This document shows positions 49,406-61,259 of a stretch of DNA of 64,000 nt, piece by piece (the stretch's first letter is position 1; each line of letters starts with the position of its first letter). Source of the stretch: Verrucomicrobiota bacterium (GTDB lineage: Bacteria; Verrucomicrobiota; Verrucomicrobiia; Opitutales; Cerasicoccaceae). Below the pieces are notes generated by a model. It was given only the letters and a program-made list of their open reading frames with translations. It had not been told where the DNA came from and searched no databases. The stretch lies in assembly GCA_039818205.1 (NCBI GenBank), contig JBCBUK010000001.1, positions 64,001-128,000 of the forward strand. Reading direction: 5' to 3'. Both the position numbers and the translations under genes were made by a program.

Positions 49406-51433
49406 CTACTTATCGAGTAAGTTGGGATTCACGTGTGGTTCCGCATCCTTAGAAAACTCATGTTGCAAAAGCGCCATAAGTCTCTCGACTTGTTCCGGAT
49501 AATCTCCTGCGCGGTCCACACTCTCGGAGGGATCCACTGCTAGATTATAGAGTTCGGGAGAAGCATTCTTGGTGTTCGGTGTATCCGCGTGCAGAACCAG
49601 CTTCCAACCATTGTTCATGAGAGCTAGATTCCGTGGTGTACGCCAATAAAACGTTTCCGAGGCACGAATGACATCCTCTGATTCAAGGGGCCTATCCGAG
49701 TCAACAGAGCTGGCGCCATCGGCAAGGTTCACTATGATCCCATATAAATCCTCGATGATTACCGGTGACTCCCAACTCTCGCTTGGTAGTGTCCCTTGCC
49801 AATAGAGAAACGCAGGCACCTTAACGCCTCCGTTGTAAGGACTCGCTTTCCATCCGCGTAGGTCACCAGTGTCTCCGTAGTGCCCGTCATTGCCGTAGAA
49901 GTTCACCTCGTGAAAGTCCTCGGGTATATACCATTTTTTGCCAGGAGATGAAGGGCCATTGTCGCTGAAAAAGACGATCAACGTTTCATCGAACAGGTTC
50001 TTTCGCTCGAGAGCCTCGACGATTTGCGCAATTGAATTGTCGATTTGCGTCATCATCCCGGCGTACCCTTGGCGGGTATTTGTGTCGTATTTGCCCTCAT
50101 AAATGGCGGACCAATCAGGATCAACCTGGATCGGAACGTGCGGCGCGGTGTAGCTCAAACACAGAAAAAATGGATCGCCTCCAACGTTTTCGAGGTAACG
50201 AAGTGCATCCTTAGTGATCAAATCGGTCGTATGGCCCTCCTCTCGAGGCGCAATTTCATGGTCCCGAAACCAATCGTAGCCAGTCTCTGGATTCTCTCGT
50301 GTGTATTGATCCGTCCAACCACCACGCAGACCAAAATGATAGTCGAAGCCTTGAGCAAGCGGTGCAAATTCTGACTCAACACCCAAGTGCCATTTGCCAA
50401 TCAATGCGGTATGATACCCATGAGATTGCAAAACCTCCGGGAGGGTTTCGACATCGGCTGGAATCCCGTAGTTGTCGTCATGTTGAATCGGGTAAACGAT
50501 TCCTAGTTCGCTCGGTGCCTTTCCAGAAAAGAACGCAGCGCGCGACGGAGTACACGTTGAATACGCGTAAAAATCCATCAATCTGATACCACCCTCCGCA
50601 AGCCGGTCGATTGTTGGTGTCTCTATATCGCCCCCATGGTAACCGACGTCTTTCCAGCCGGCATCATCCAAAATAATGGCGACGATATTCGGCTGAGGAG
50701 CTTTTTCATAGACCCGGATATTGCTGTATTGGCTGCTGCGGGTCCACATGTGTCGAAACCCAACGCGACCGGTGTCGACCGGCGGATACTTTGACGTGTC
50801 CCATTCAAACTCGTGAACTTCGTCATCACGCTCAGCAACAAAGGTCAGTCGATGACCAATCTTGGTTGCGGTAATATGCCAAGTTTCTCCAGGAGAGAAC
50901 AAATCAATATCTCGGTATATCGGCTGAACCTGAGTCCCCGTCTGAAAGTCCTTCAGGTCGGCGGCAGGATAACGTCGTGCTGAAACATATCGCCCATCGG
51001 TCGCATAAGAAACATGCAAAGAATTCATGTTCAGGAAATAGTATTTCATCCAGGGCTCACGGCGCTGTTCAGTGGATAGAAATATGTCCGTGGGCGCCGC
51101 TTCAGTGCCCAAACCGGTTGCCTGAATATATAGAATGTTGACTCCCGCATCGAGGTTCTCGTCGAGACGGGTGTAGTCATATTCAACCTTAATGTCTCCC
51201 TCGAAGGACTGCTTTGTCCACAATACTGCATGACTCGCATGTTCGCGGAGATTTGGACCCGCCGAGAAGGTCATTCCATTTTCCGAATTCTCTACTGACG
51301 CTTTATCTCCTTCAAGGAACCACTTTGTATTCCATGCACTCGCCCCCGCATCGTCAAAGACGAGCTGCCATTCATTCGCGTGAGCTGACAGGGAAAGAAT
51401 GAAGAACGATACGTAGAACAAACGTCTCATCAT
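49406..51433 (-). CDS. DUF1961/YesU-like domain fused to an S1 sulfatase
   Basis: N-terminal WFLEG...HAVLWTK..F.GDI..EY...GRVGFRHM; C-terminal PNIVAIILDD.GW.D, CTPSRAAFFSG, GKWHLG, SDNG. Confidence 0.8.
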   Translation of the reverse strand: MMRRLFYVSFFILSLSAHANEWQLVFDDAGASAWNTKWFLEGDKASVENSENGMTFSAGPNLREHASHAVLWTKQSFEGDIKVEYDYTRLDENLDAGVNILYIQATGLGTEAAPTDIFLSTEQRREPWMKYYFLNMNSLHVSYATDGRYVSARRYPAADLKDFQTGTQVQPIYRDIDLFSPGETWHITATKIGHRLTFVAERDDEVHEFEWDTSKYPPVDTGRVGFRHMWTRSSQYSNIRVYEKAPQPNIVAIILDDAGWKDVGYHGGDIETPTIDRLAEGGIRLMDFYAYSTCTPSRAAFFSGKAPSELGIVYPIQHDDNYGIPADVETLPEVLQSHGYHTALIGKWHLGVESEFAPLAQGFDYHFGLRGGWTDQYTRENPETGYDWFRDHEIAPREEGHTTDLITKDALRYLENVGGDPFFLCLSYTAPHVPIQVDPDWSAIYEGKYDTNTRQGYAGMMTQIDNSIAQIVEALERKNLFDETLIVFFSDNGPSSPGKKWYIPEDFHEVNFYGNDGHYGDTGDLRGWKASPYNGGVKVPAFLYWQGTLPSESWESPVIIEDLYGIIVNLADGASSVDSDRPLESEDVIRASETFYWRTPRNLALMNNGWKLVLHADTPNTKNASPELYNLAVDPSESVDRAGDYPEQVERLMALLQHEFSKDAEPHVNPNLLDK

Positions 51434-51462
51434 GCTATGGATGCGGTAACGCGAGAGGCTTT

Positions 51463-51496
51463 AAAAAACCCCTACCATGCACTTGGTAGAGGTTTT
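51463..51496 (-). terminator. Rho-independent terminator after the PEP-CTERM gene
   Basis: Minus strand aaaacctctacca-agtgca-tggtaggggtttttt. Confidence 0.6.
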
Positions 51497-51522
51497 GAAA
51501 AATAATCTCTAACCCCAGGGGA

Positions 51523-52269
51523 TTAGCGACGACGTCGGCGTAGAATTGCGACCCCGAGGACGCCCACGCCAGCGATCATCGCGTAGGTGCTAGGTTCGGG
51601 GATAGTCGAAAAACCTACCGAGTCCACATAGAAAATGCGGCCACCGGTGCTGCCTTGGTTCGAACTGTCAAAAGAAGAAATCCGCAAACCCAAAGTGCTA
51701 CCAACATCGGCTAGTGCGATCGTGTAGGTCAAAGGACCTTCAGCCCGGCCAGGATTGATAGGACCATTCGATCCAGCAACCGGATCCACCGTAGAGAGCA
51801 ATAGGTTAGCACCCGAAGCCGCATTGCCCGATCCGAAAGTATTCACTCGCAGATAGTTCTGTTCTCCAAGTGCCCCGACATCCGTGCCATCCAGTAGAAT
51901 GGACCAGTCTACCGAGGTACCGGTTTGGTGGCGAACTCCAGCGTCAATCGTCACGACCTTACCAACATCTCCAGCCGTAATGGTCCCAAAATCGCCGACA
52001 ACAGCGTTCACGGCAGAAGCGGTTGCCGTTCGAAAAATCTGAGCATATCCGTCATCAGTAGCGTCTAAAAAATCTCCGTCAGTAACAGAATTCTCAAGAG
52101 TAAAAGACGAAACTGTAGTGCTTTCCAACGTAAAAACGGCTGTATTGGCTGAACCGCCTCCTCCGCCAGAGAAGGTTTCTGTAAAATCAGCGACAAGCTG
52201 AGCCTGCGAAACAGGTGCGAGTGCGAGCAGACCGAACGCTGCGGTGTAGATTGAGGATTTCATATTCAA
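51523..52269 (-). CDS. PEP-CTERM sorting domain protein
   Basis: Signal peptide; C-terminal IPEPSTYAMIAGVGVLGVAILRRRRR. Confidence 0.93.
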   Translation of the reverse strand: MNMKSSIYTAAFGLLALAPVSQAQLVADFTETFSGGGGGSANTAVFTLESTTVSSFTLENSVTDGDFLDATDDGYAQIFRTATASAVNAVVGDFGTITAGDVGKVVTIDAGVRHQTGTSVDWSILLDGTDVGALGEQNYLRVNTFGSGNAASGANLLLSTVDPVAGSNGPINPGRAEGPLTYTIALADVGSTLGLRISSFDSSNQGSTGGRIFYVDSVGFSTIPEPSTYAMIAGVGVLGVAILRRRRR

Positions 52270-52591
52270 GTATGTTTGGTTGTTTAGGGTAATGAACTTG
52301 TAAGTCCTTGCTGAAGTATCGGTATAAAACTCAGATGTACTGAATAACTGATTAGGGGTTATACCGCGGTTAACGATGACAGATAATCGCGATTCGCCTC
52401 TAATGATACAACGACATTATTGCGCAATGGAATGCAACTTTTCCGCAAAACGAAAACGGCTGAGATCTTTACACCAGACATGTGTCTGATCGAAACAATC
52501 AGCGAGTAGTTAATAACTCTGCGTAACAAAGCTATCATTTTGACAATTTACGTCTTGCGCAATACTTGATAACCTATGCGCAAATATCCCG

Positions 52592-54643
52592 TTGACCAAA
52601 CCGGGTATAGATAGGTCAGAATATGGTATGATGAGTTACTCCTTCAAACCCTGCGAACCCGACTATGCATTGAGCCCGCACACGGGAATCACGCGTACAC
52701 ATTGGGTTGCTGCAGCAAAATTTCTGATCGATGGTGTGTTCAGCCACATTAATGACTTTGAATCTCCGATTCTAATTCCGAAGCAGAATGAGATCAGCTA
52801 TCCCCAACCGGACGATCCTAAGCATCGTTTCCAAGCAGCGGAATTTGAAGGTATCGCTCGCACATTCATGGCAGCTTGTCACGTGATAAACGAAGACACC
52901 AGCTACGAAAGCAACGGCATCAATCTACGGGATTACTATGCACATCAGATTCTGCAAGCGACCGACCCGGAGTCACCCCGTTTCTGGGGGCGCATCACCG
53001 ACTTCACCAAGGAACATGGGCGGATGCAATACCAACAGACGGTCGAAGGCGCTGCGTTAGTCATCAGCTTGATGGCTTGTAAAGACAAGATCTGGGATCG
53101 CTACTCACCCGACGAGCAAGCACAGATCGCAGAACTCATTTCGGACTACGCCCATAGCCTAACGATTGGTCACAACTGGCGTTTCTTCAATGTGCTAATG
53201 CTGACGTTTTTGAAGGTCAACGGATTCGCTATCGACGAAGACGCGCTCACCGACCATATCCAACACATCCTCAGCTTCCACGTCGGCGACGGATGGTATA
53301 TCGACGATACCAACTACGACCTGTACAACCCATGGGGCTTTCACTTTTACGGGCCAATCTGGTGCCAATGGTACGGGTATGAACATGAGCCAGTGGTTGC
53401 GCAGATCCTCGAGCAGCGCAACAAACAGTTCATCGAATCCTGGCCACGGTTCTTTGCCCGGGACGGTAAGCAACCGATGTGGGGCCGAAGCATCATTTAC
53501 CGCTTCGCGGCATCTACAGCATTCGGCGCCCACTTTCTGATGAAGGATCCGGTACTTGACCCTGGATTTGCTCGCCGCATCGCATCAGGAAACATCATGC
53601 AGTTCCTTCCACGGGAAGATCTCTACGTCAACGGAGTCCCTTGCCTTGGATACTACGGACCCTACGAACCGCTGATCCAGTTCTACAGCTGCGCGGCAAG
53701 TCCTTTCTGGATCGCTAAAGTGTTCATCGCGCTTTCACTGGAAGAAGATAGCCCCTTCTGGACCGCAACGGAGAACGAAGGCTTTTGGGACGAGCAAGAA
53801 GATACATCGTCAACGGTCAACATTGCCGGACCGGGCATTCAAGTTACTAACCACGGAAAAACGGGCACGGTGGAGATGCGCACGGGTAAAGTTCACCTGC
53901 ACGACTCCTACTACAATCAGTTGCAGTTCAATCCAGACTTTCCACTCGAGATCGAAACACCCGATGGCGCCAACGCAGCCAACTACTCGATTCGAGAGAA
54001 AGGCCTTGGCCATGACTTTCGCATCCCACTCAATATCGCCTTCAACCGCTTTGACGGTGACCTAATCTACCGAGTTCAGAATACGCAGCCACTCGGCCTC
54101 GGTGACCCGAACAAGGGCGGTGTGAACCGTGGCCCCGAGAGAATCGACCTATGCGATATCCCGGTTCCCGGTGGCGTACTCCGAGTCGATCGAGTCCGAG
54201 TTCCCTACCAATATGAACTACAACTTGGCCACTACGCCCTTCCGCATCTCAATGGACAGTCGGCAGTCGTCGAGAAGATTGAAGAAGGCATCATCGGAAG
54301 CATTCCTGATGGACGGAAAATCGCCCTCTTGCCAATCCACGGATGGGATAAAGTCCAAGCCGTCGAACACGAGAAGCTAAATCCCGAAGCCGATAAGAGT
54401 ACCGTCCTCTATGCCGAGCGCACCCGCAACAAGGACTATTCGGGAATGGAAGTGTTTGTCACCTTACTCTTGCACCGCATTGACGGCGGTAATTGGACAA
54501 AGGAAGAGCTGAACCCAGTAAGAAAAATCGAGATTCTTCCGTGGGCACCGTCGGGCAGCGCATGTGGCATCGAGATCACAATGTCCGATGGAAGCGAGAT
54601 CCTGATCGACTACAGCGAAGCCGATGCCCGTCGCGTAGTCTAG
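52592..54643 (+). CDS. DUF2264 family protein (possible glycosidase)
   Basis: TR.HW..AA..L, EG.ARTF, Q..VE.A, NWRFF, GDGWY.D, FHFY, GRS..YRFA, YSC.ASPFW..K. Confidence 0.8.
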   Translation: MTKPGIDRSEYGMMSYSFKPCEPDYALSPHTGITRTHWVAAAKFLIDGVFSHINDFESPILIPKQNEISYPQPDDPKHRFQAAEFEGIARTFMAACHVINEDTSYESNGINLRDYYAHQILQATDPESPRFWGRITDFTKEHGRMQYQQTVEGAALVISLMACKDKIWDRYSPDEQAQIAELISDYAHSLTIGHNWRFFNVLMLTFLKVNGFAIDEDALTDHIQHILSFHVGDGWYIDDTNYDLYNPWGFHFYGPIWCQWYGYEHEPVVAQILEQRNKQFIESWPRFFARDGKQPMWGRSIIYRFAASTAFGAHFLMKDPVLDPGFARRIASGNIMQFLPREDLYVNGVPCLGYYGPYEPLIQFYSCAASPFWIAKVFIALSLEEDSPFWTATENEGFWDEQEDTSSTVNIAGPGIQVTNHGKTGTVEMRTGKVHLHDSYYNQLQFNPDFPLEIETPDGANAANYSIREKGLGHDFRIPLNIAFNRFDGDLIYRVQNTQPLGLGDPNKGGVNRGPERIDLCDIPVPGGVLRVDRVRVPYQYELQLGHYALPHLNGQSAVVEKIEEGIIGSIPDGRKIALLPIHGWDKVQAVEHEKLNPEADKSTVLYAERTRNKDYSGMEVFVTLLLHRIDGGNWTKEELNPVRKIEILPWAPSGSACGIEITMSDGSEILIDYSEADARRVV

Positions 54644-54734
54644 AACCGTGCCTTTCTACGAGAAATTTAAGAAGACTATTGATACGTAGGGTCCTGATAA
54701 TTAGGATGCTGTGAAACCAAATTGATCAATTGCC

Positions 54735-55949
54735 GTGCCGATAAAAAAAGTTGGAAATCAAAGAAGCTACAAGAAGGTGGCACTCGCGATCACCGCCCAC
54801 GAATATGCTTACGGCCGTGAGAAGATCAAGGGGTTGATCGAATACTACTCGCGGCATGCCGCCTGGGAGGTCCAGCGCAACGAGCTCTCCCAGCCCTTCG
54901 TACGGTTTCCATCACTTAGGAACTGGAGTGGAGATGGTGTTGTCGGCGAGATCTACAGCGAGGAAGACGGAGCAATTGCCCGAGAGCTGGAGGCCTTCTA
55001 CGTCAACACCTCGAGCAGTCGTCACGCAGAAGGTTTGCCTTCCGTTCGAATCGACAACCAGATCGTTGGCGAAATGGGTGCGGACCATCTCTCCGAGATG
55101 GACCTGGACAATTTTCTCTTCGTTGGTCCAACAGACTTACTCCACGTGCAAGAGCGCTACGAAGGTTTTATTCGTGCGTTGAAACGCTCACAGGACAGCT
55201 GCACGCTCCTCAAATATGCACCAAAGGAGAAAGGTAGTCTTTATTCTTCGGAGGAAACGGTTCGCCCTTCGGAGTTGATGAATTCGCTGAAGGATCTACC
55301 AACTCCAATTGGTATCATGGCCGCGACCGACCGTATTGGTTTCGCGGTGCTTGAGGCCTGCCACCGCCTCGGCTTGCGATCTCCGGAAGATGTCTCGCTG
55401 ATCGGCGTGGATAACGACGAGATTTATTGTAATCTCGCGCACACCTCAATGACCAGTATCGACACGCACGCACGTGAAGTTGGAATTCGCGCAGCTGATA
55501 TGCTCGACAAGCTGATGAAGGGGAAGCCAGTCGAAAACCACCAGGTTCGAATCCCCCCACGCGGAGTCATATTGAGAGATTCAACTGACACCACTCGGTC
55601 CAAATACCCTGAGATGGCCCGAGCCCTGCGCTTTATTCGAAACAATGCCCATCGCGTCATTGACGTGACCAACGTTATTGATGTCGTGCCCGTGTCCCGA
55701 CGCTGGCTTGAAACTAAGTTCAAAGAAGAGCTTGGCCACGGCATCTTCCATGAGATTCGCCGGGTGCATGTCGATCGAGCCAAAGAACTCCTTGCTGACA
55801 AGACGCTAACGTTTTCTCAAGTCGCTCGCGAAAGCGGATTCACAACCCAAGAACGATTCTATTTCGCATTCGAGAAAGTAACGGGCATGAAACCGAGCGA
55901 ATACCAATCGAAAGCGGTAGCAAAACCGCCTCGCGGATTGCGCAAATAA
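54735..55949 (+). CDS. XylR-type transcriptional regulator (periplasmic-binding-like domain + AraC HTH)
   Basis: V.IDN..VGEMGA.HL, PEDVSLIGVDND, SRR.LE.KF, VARESGF...F..F.K..G..P.EY. Confidence 0.9.
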   Translation: MPIKKVGNQRSYKKVALAITAHEYAYGREKIKGLIEYYSRHAAWEVQRNELSQPFVRFPSLRNWSGDGVVGEIYSEEDGAIARELEAFYVNTSSSRHAEGLPSVRIDNQIVGEMGADHLSEMDLDNFLFVGPTDLLHVQERYEGFIRALKRSQDSCTLLKYAPKEKGSLYSSEETVRPSELMNSLKDLPTPIGIMAATDRIGFAVLEACHRLGLRSPEDVSLIGVDNDEIYCNLAHTSMTSIDTHAREVGIRAADMLDKLMKGKPVENHQVRIPPRGVILRDSTDTTRSKYPEMARALRFIRNNAHRVIDVTNVIDVVPVSRRWLETKFKEELGHGIFHEIRRVHVDRAKELLADKTLTFSQVARESGFTTQERFYFAFEKVTGMKPSEYQSKAVAKPPRGLRK

Positions 55950-56036
55950 TAGGTATTTTTTGCGCATTATTTCCGTTGTCCAAGTCTTGGTCGGCCAACT
56001 ATTCTGTCCCCTTGTCTCAGTAGCTAAACCCAGCCA

Positions 56037-57797
56037 ATGCTAACATTTTACGATTACATAGCCATCGGCTTCTATTTCGTTTTCACCTTATCCCTCGGGT
56101 TTGTGTTTCGCCGATTGAACACTGGAGGTACCGACTACTTTGCGGGTGGACGAAAAATGAATTGGTGGCTCCTGGGAACGAGCTCCTTCATTTCCAATTT
56201 CAGCGCTTGGTCATTCACCGGAGCCGCTGGCATGGCCCATAGCTTCGGCATAATCGTGTTCAGCATCGCGGTTATCGACATCGTTGGATTCATCGTCAGC
56301 TATCTTTGGTTTGCCGGTCGTTTCCGTCGCCTGCGCTTGGTAACAGCAATGGACGCTGTCCGGCTGCGGTTTGGAAAGTCGAGTGAGCAACTCTTCACCT
56401 GGCTACAGGTAGTCACCGCTTTCTTTGGCGGGGCCGTCTGGCTGGTGGGACTATCGATTCTGCTTTCAACCGCATTTGGACTGCCACAGATACCGATCGT
56501 GGTTTTCTGCACGATTACGATAACCACGATGGCGCTCGTGGGCGGTAAATGGGCGGTTTCAGGCAGTGACTTTGTTCAGACGATCCTCCTTTCCGGCATT
56601 TCAATTGTCGTGCTGATACTCACCCTACTCCATCTCGGAGATATATCGCGTCTGTTCACCGAGCTTCCGGAAGGACATGGGAAATTCTTCCATCCGCTCG
56701 GCGACATCAAATACGACTGGCTCTACATCATGACCGGATTGATCTGGGGCATTTACCAGAAGAACAGTATTCTATTCGGCGCTGCTAAATACATTGCGGC
56801 AAAAGACGACAAGCATGCCAAGAAATCGGTGCTCATTCCGCTCATCGGATACGCAATTCTGCCATTCGCTTGGTACGTCCCGGCGATGGCTGCCATCATC
56901 ATCGTCCCGGATTTGATGGAGACCTATTCGAACTTTAAAAACCCATCTGAGGCTGCCTACATCGCTGTATGCCTGGAAGTATTGCCGCAAGGTCTCTTGG
57001 GACTAACGGTTGCTGGGCTCTTTGCAGCTACTATGTCGTCGATGGATACCGCGCTGAATGTAAACGCGGGCTTCCTCGTTAAGAACTTCTACCAACCGAT
57101 TTTCCGCAAAAATGCATCGGAACGTGAACAACTGGTTGCGGGGCAAATTGCTACGGTCTTCTGCGGTGTCGTCATGCTCGGTTTAGCAATAACCTTGGTC
57201 ACCCGAGGCGAGATCTCACTATTTGATGCCTACCTCTACCTCAACGCCTACATCCAAGCCCCGCTAACCGTGGCCTTGTTTCTTTCCGTATTCATCAAGA
57301 AAACGCCCGCCTGGTCGGGTTGGTCAACGGTGCTCATCGGTATCGCCTCAACGATCCTCATTTACGATTTCGCTCCCACGGATACTGCGCAGGCCTGGCT
57401 GACATCGCTCTTCGGTAGCGACTTTGCATCCTACATCGTTACGAATAAATTCACCTTCACGAACGTCATTACCGTTCCACTTTGCAGCATCTATTTCTAT
57501 TGCACGAAGTGGTGTTACAAGGCGGAAACTGCCAAGCAGGCTTATGTCGCCGATCTCAAAGATTTCGAGAATCGATTGGACAAGCCGGTGGATTTCGAAA
57601 GTGAAGTTGGTGGTGACAACACCGGCCAGCAAGCCCGCATTATGAGTATTCTGTCTCTCATCTATGGCGGTTCAATTTTCCTCGGCGTCTTGATTCCGAA
57701 TCCGATCACCGGCCGGCTCTCAATCGCCTTTTGTAGCCTAACGCTTATCGGTGTCGGATTGGCTCTTCGGCAATACGCCAAGAAGCAACTGGACTAG
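56037..57797 (+). CDS. Sodium:solute symporter family transporter
   Basis: DYFAGGRKM.WWL.G.S, FSAWSFTGAAG, LP.GLLGL..A.LFAATMSSMD; many transmembrane helices. Confidence 0.9.
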   Translation: MLTFYDYIAIGFYFVFTLSLGFVFRRLNTGGTDYFAGGRKMNWWLLGTSSFISNFSAWSFTGAAGMAHSFGIIVFSIAVIDIVGFIVSYLWFAGRFRRLRLVTAMDAVRLRFGKSSEQLFTWLQVVTAFFGGAVWLVGLSILLSTAFGLPQIPIVVFCTITITTMALVGGKWAVSGSDFVQTILLSGISIVVLILTLLHLGDISRLFTELPEGHGKFFHPLGDIKYDWLYIMTGLIWGIYQKNSILFGAAKYIAAKDDKHAKKSVLIPLIGYAILPFAWYVPAMAAIIIVPDLMETYSNFKNPSEAAYIAVCLEVLPQGLLGLTVAGLFAATMSSMDTALNVNAGFLVKNFYQPIFRKNASEREQLVAGQIATVFCGVVMLGLAITLVTRGEISLFDAYLYLNAYIQAPLTVALFLSVFIKKTPAWSGWSTVLIGIASTILIYDFAPTDTAQAWLTSLFGSDFASYIVTNKFTFTNVITVPLCSIYFYCTKWCYKAETAKQAYVADLKDFENRLDKPVDFESEVGGDNTGQQARIMSILSLIYGGSIFLGVLIPNPITGRLSIAFCSLTLIGVGLALRQYAKKQLD

Positions 57798-57801
57798 TAA
57801 A

Positions 57802-59469
57802 ATGCTGGGTTTGAACACACTTCGAATTGCTCTAGCTACGCTGCTCGGCGTTGTTGTAAGCAGCATTCCGACAACGGTGATTGCTGAAGGCGAACCACCG
57901 AATGTAATTCTCATCGTCCTGGATGATTTTGGCAGTGGACAGTTCGCCCCGCTGGCCCTCGACATCGTTCTTGAGGACGTGGATCCTGGACTCGTTGCCT
58001 ACAGCCAAGCCCTCGGAGACGACTCATATGACGCGGAGGCGGCCCTCAACGCGGCCCAGAACGCCATGCCGTTTATGGATACATTGGTATCCGAATCCGC
58101 GCTATTTACCAATGCCTACGCGGCGAGTAGCCTTTGTGCGCCATCTCGCCAGGCAATTCTAACGGGAACCAGCCCAACCCGCTGGGGCGCCTATCGCAAC
58201 ATCGACATCAACGTTTGCGGATTTCCAGAAAATCGATCGTTACCCGCGATACTTCAACACGACGGATACAGCACTGGCTTTGTCGGCAAGTGGCACGTCG
58301 GCAGTAAAGACCAAAGCATCCGCAAACGCATACTGGCTAATGGCGGCACCGAGAAAGATGCGATCGAAGCTGGTTACATGGGATCCGTTGTTGAACGCGA
58401 CCACCCGCTAAACAACGGCTTTGACTACGCCTTCTTCTACAATCTTTGGGAATGTCCCTACTACGACTCAACGCATCTCTGGGAGAATCGAACGCACACG
58501 GGAAAGCAGCCTGAATACAACACCGATCTCTTCACCGACAAGGGTCTTGCGTTTATTAAAGATGCGCTCGAAGCAGGCGACCCCTTTTTCTTAGAGATCG
58601 CCTATCACTCGGTGCACATCCCATTGAATGTTGATGCCCCAGAGAAATACCAGGGATACATCACTACCGGAGACCGCAGCGTCGACCAATTCTACACCCA
58701 TGTCTATGCGATTGATCATTCAATCAAACGCATTGTAGATACCCTAAAAGATCATCGGGCCTGGGATAACACGATCCTATTCTTCACATCCGACAACGGG
58801 GCGACTTGCAAGGTAGGCGACGGCGACCTGAGTCTCGTTCCAGGCAATCTACGACGCCAGGGCCACAAGGGCCAATACTTCCTTGGCGGAGTCCAAGTAC
58901 CGCTTGTCGTTTCTTGGCCCGCACGTTTTGGCAGTGGTCAGCGAATCGACCGTATGGTCTCTCTCATGGATCTGTTGCCCACTGCAATCGATGCCGCAGG
59001 CCTCGAGCTTCCTAACAACATCGACGGCAAAAGCCTAGTCGGCTTATTAGAAGACGACCAAGCGCCACATCATCACCAATTATTCTTTGCGGGAATACAG
59101 GCGCCCGCTTGGGGCTATACGGGCAAAGGTGTAATTGGAAATGCTCAAAAACGCCGGGATCAGTTTCCCGGAGCCTGGGCAGTCATTCAGGATGATTGGA
59201 TCCTACGCTATGTCGGCGAACTAGATCAGGGATTAACCTACAGTAACCCGACGGGCAAGCCGTCGAGCTTGTCCTTGCACAACCTCGAAGATGATCCCTT
59301 AGAGATCGACAATCGTATCGAACAATTTCCGGAGCTGACCAGCGAGATGCAAAAGCACTATGACGCATTCGCGGAAACGCTTCCTCCGCCTCATCGCTGG
59401 AGCAAAAAGCGTTGGAATGAACTCGTTCCAGATTCAAATCCCGACAAAGCCATCGCCTCTGCCAACTGA
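57802..59469 (+). CDS. Sulfatase (S1 family), secreted
   Basis: Signal peptide; PNVILIVLDD; CAPSRQAILTG; GKWHVG; SDNG. Confidence 0.92.
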   Translation: MLGLNTLRIALATLLGVVVSSIPTTVIAEGEPPNVILIVLDDFGSGQFAPLALDIVLEDVDPGLVAYSQALGDDSYDAEAALNAAQNAMPFMDTLVSESALFTNAYAASSLCAPSRQAILTGTSPTRWGAYRNIDINVCGFPENRSLPAILQHDGYSTGFVGKWHVGSKDQSIRKRILANGGTEKDAIEAGYMGSVVERDHPLNNGFDYAFFYNLWECPYYDSTHLWENRTHTGKQPEYNTDLFTDKGLAFIKDALEAGDPFFLEIAYHSVHIPLNVDAPEKYQGYITTGDRSVDQFYTHVYAIDHSIKRIVDTLKDHRAWDNTILFFTSDNGATCKVGDGDLSLVPGNLRRQGHKGQYFLGGVQVPLVVSWPARFGSGQRIDRMVSLMDLLPTAIDAAGLELPNNIDGKSLVGLLEDDQAPHHHQLFFAGIQAPAWGYTGKGVIGNAQKRRDQFPGAWAVIQDDWILRYVGELDQGLTYSNPTGKPSSLSLHNLEDDPLEIDNRIEQFPELTSEMQKHYDAFAETLPPPHRWSKKRWNELVPDSNPDKAIASAN

Positions 59470-59487
59470 TTTCCATCACTCTAATAA

Positions 59488-61239
<1,752 letters not shown>

Positions 61240-61259
61240 ATCTCGACGAAACCCTATCC

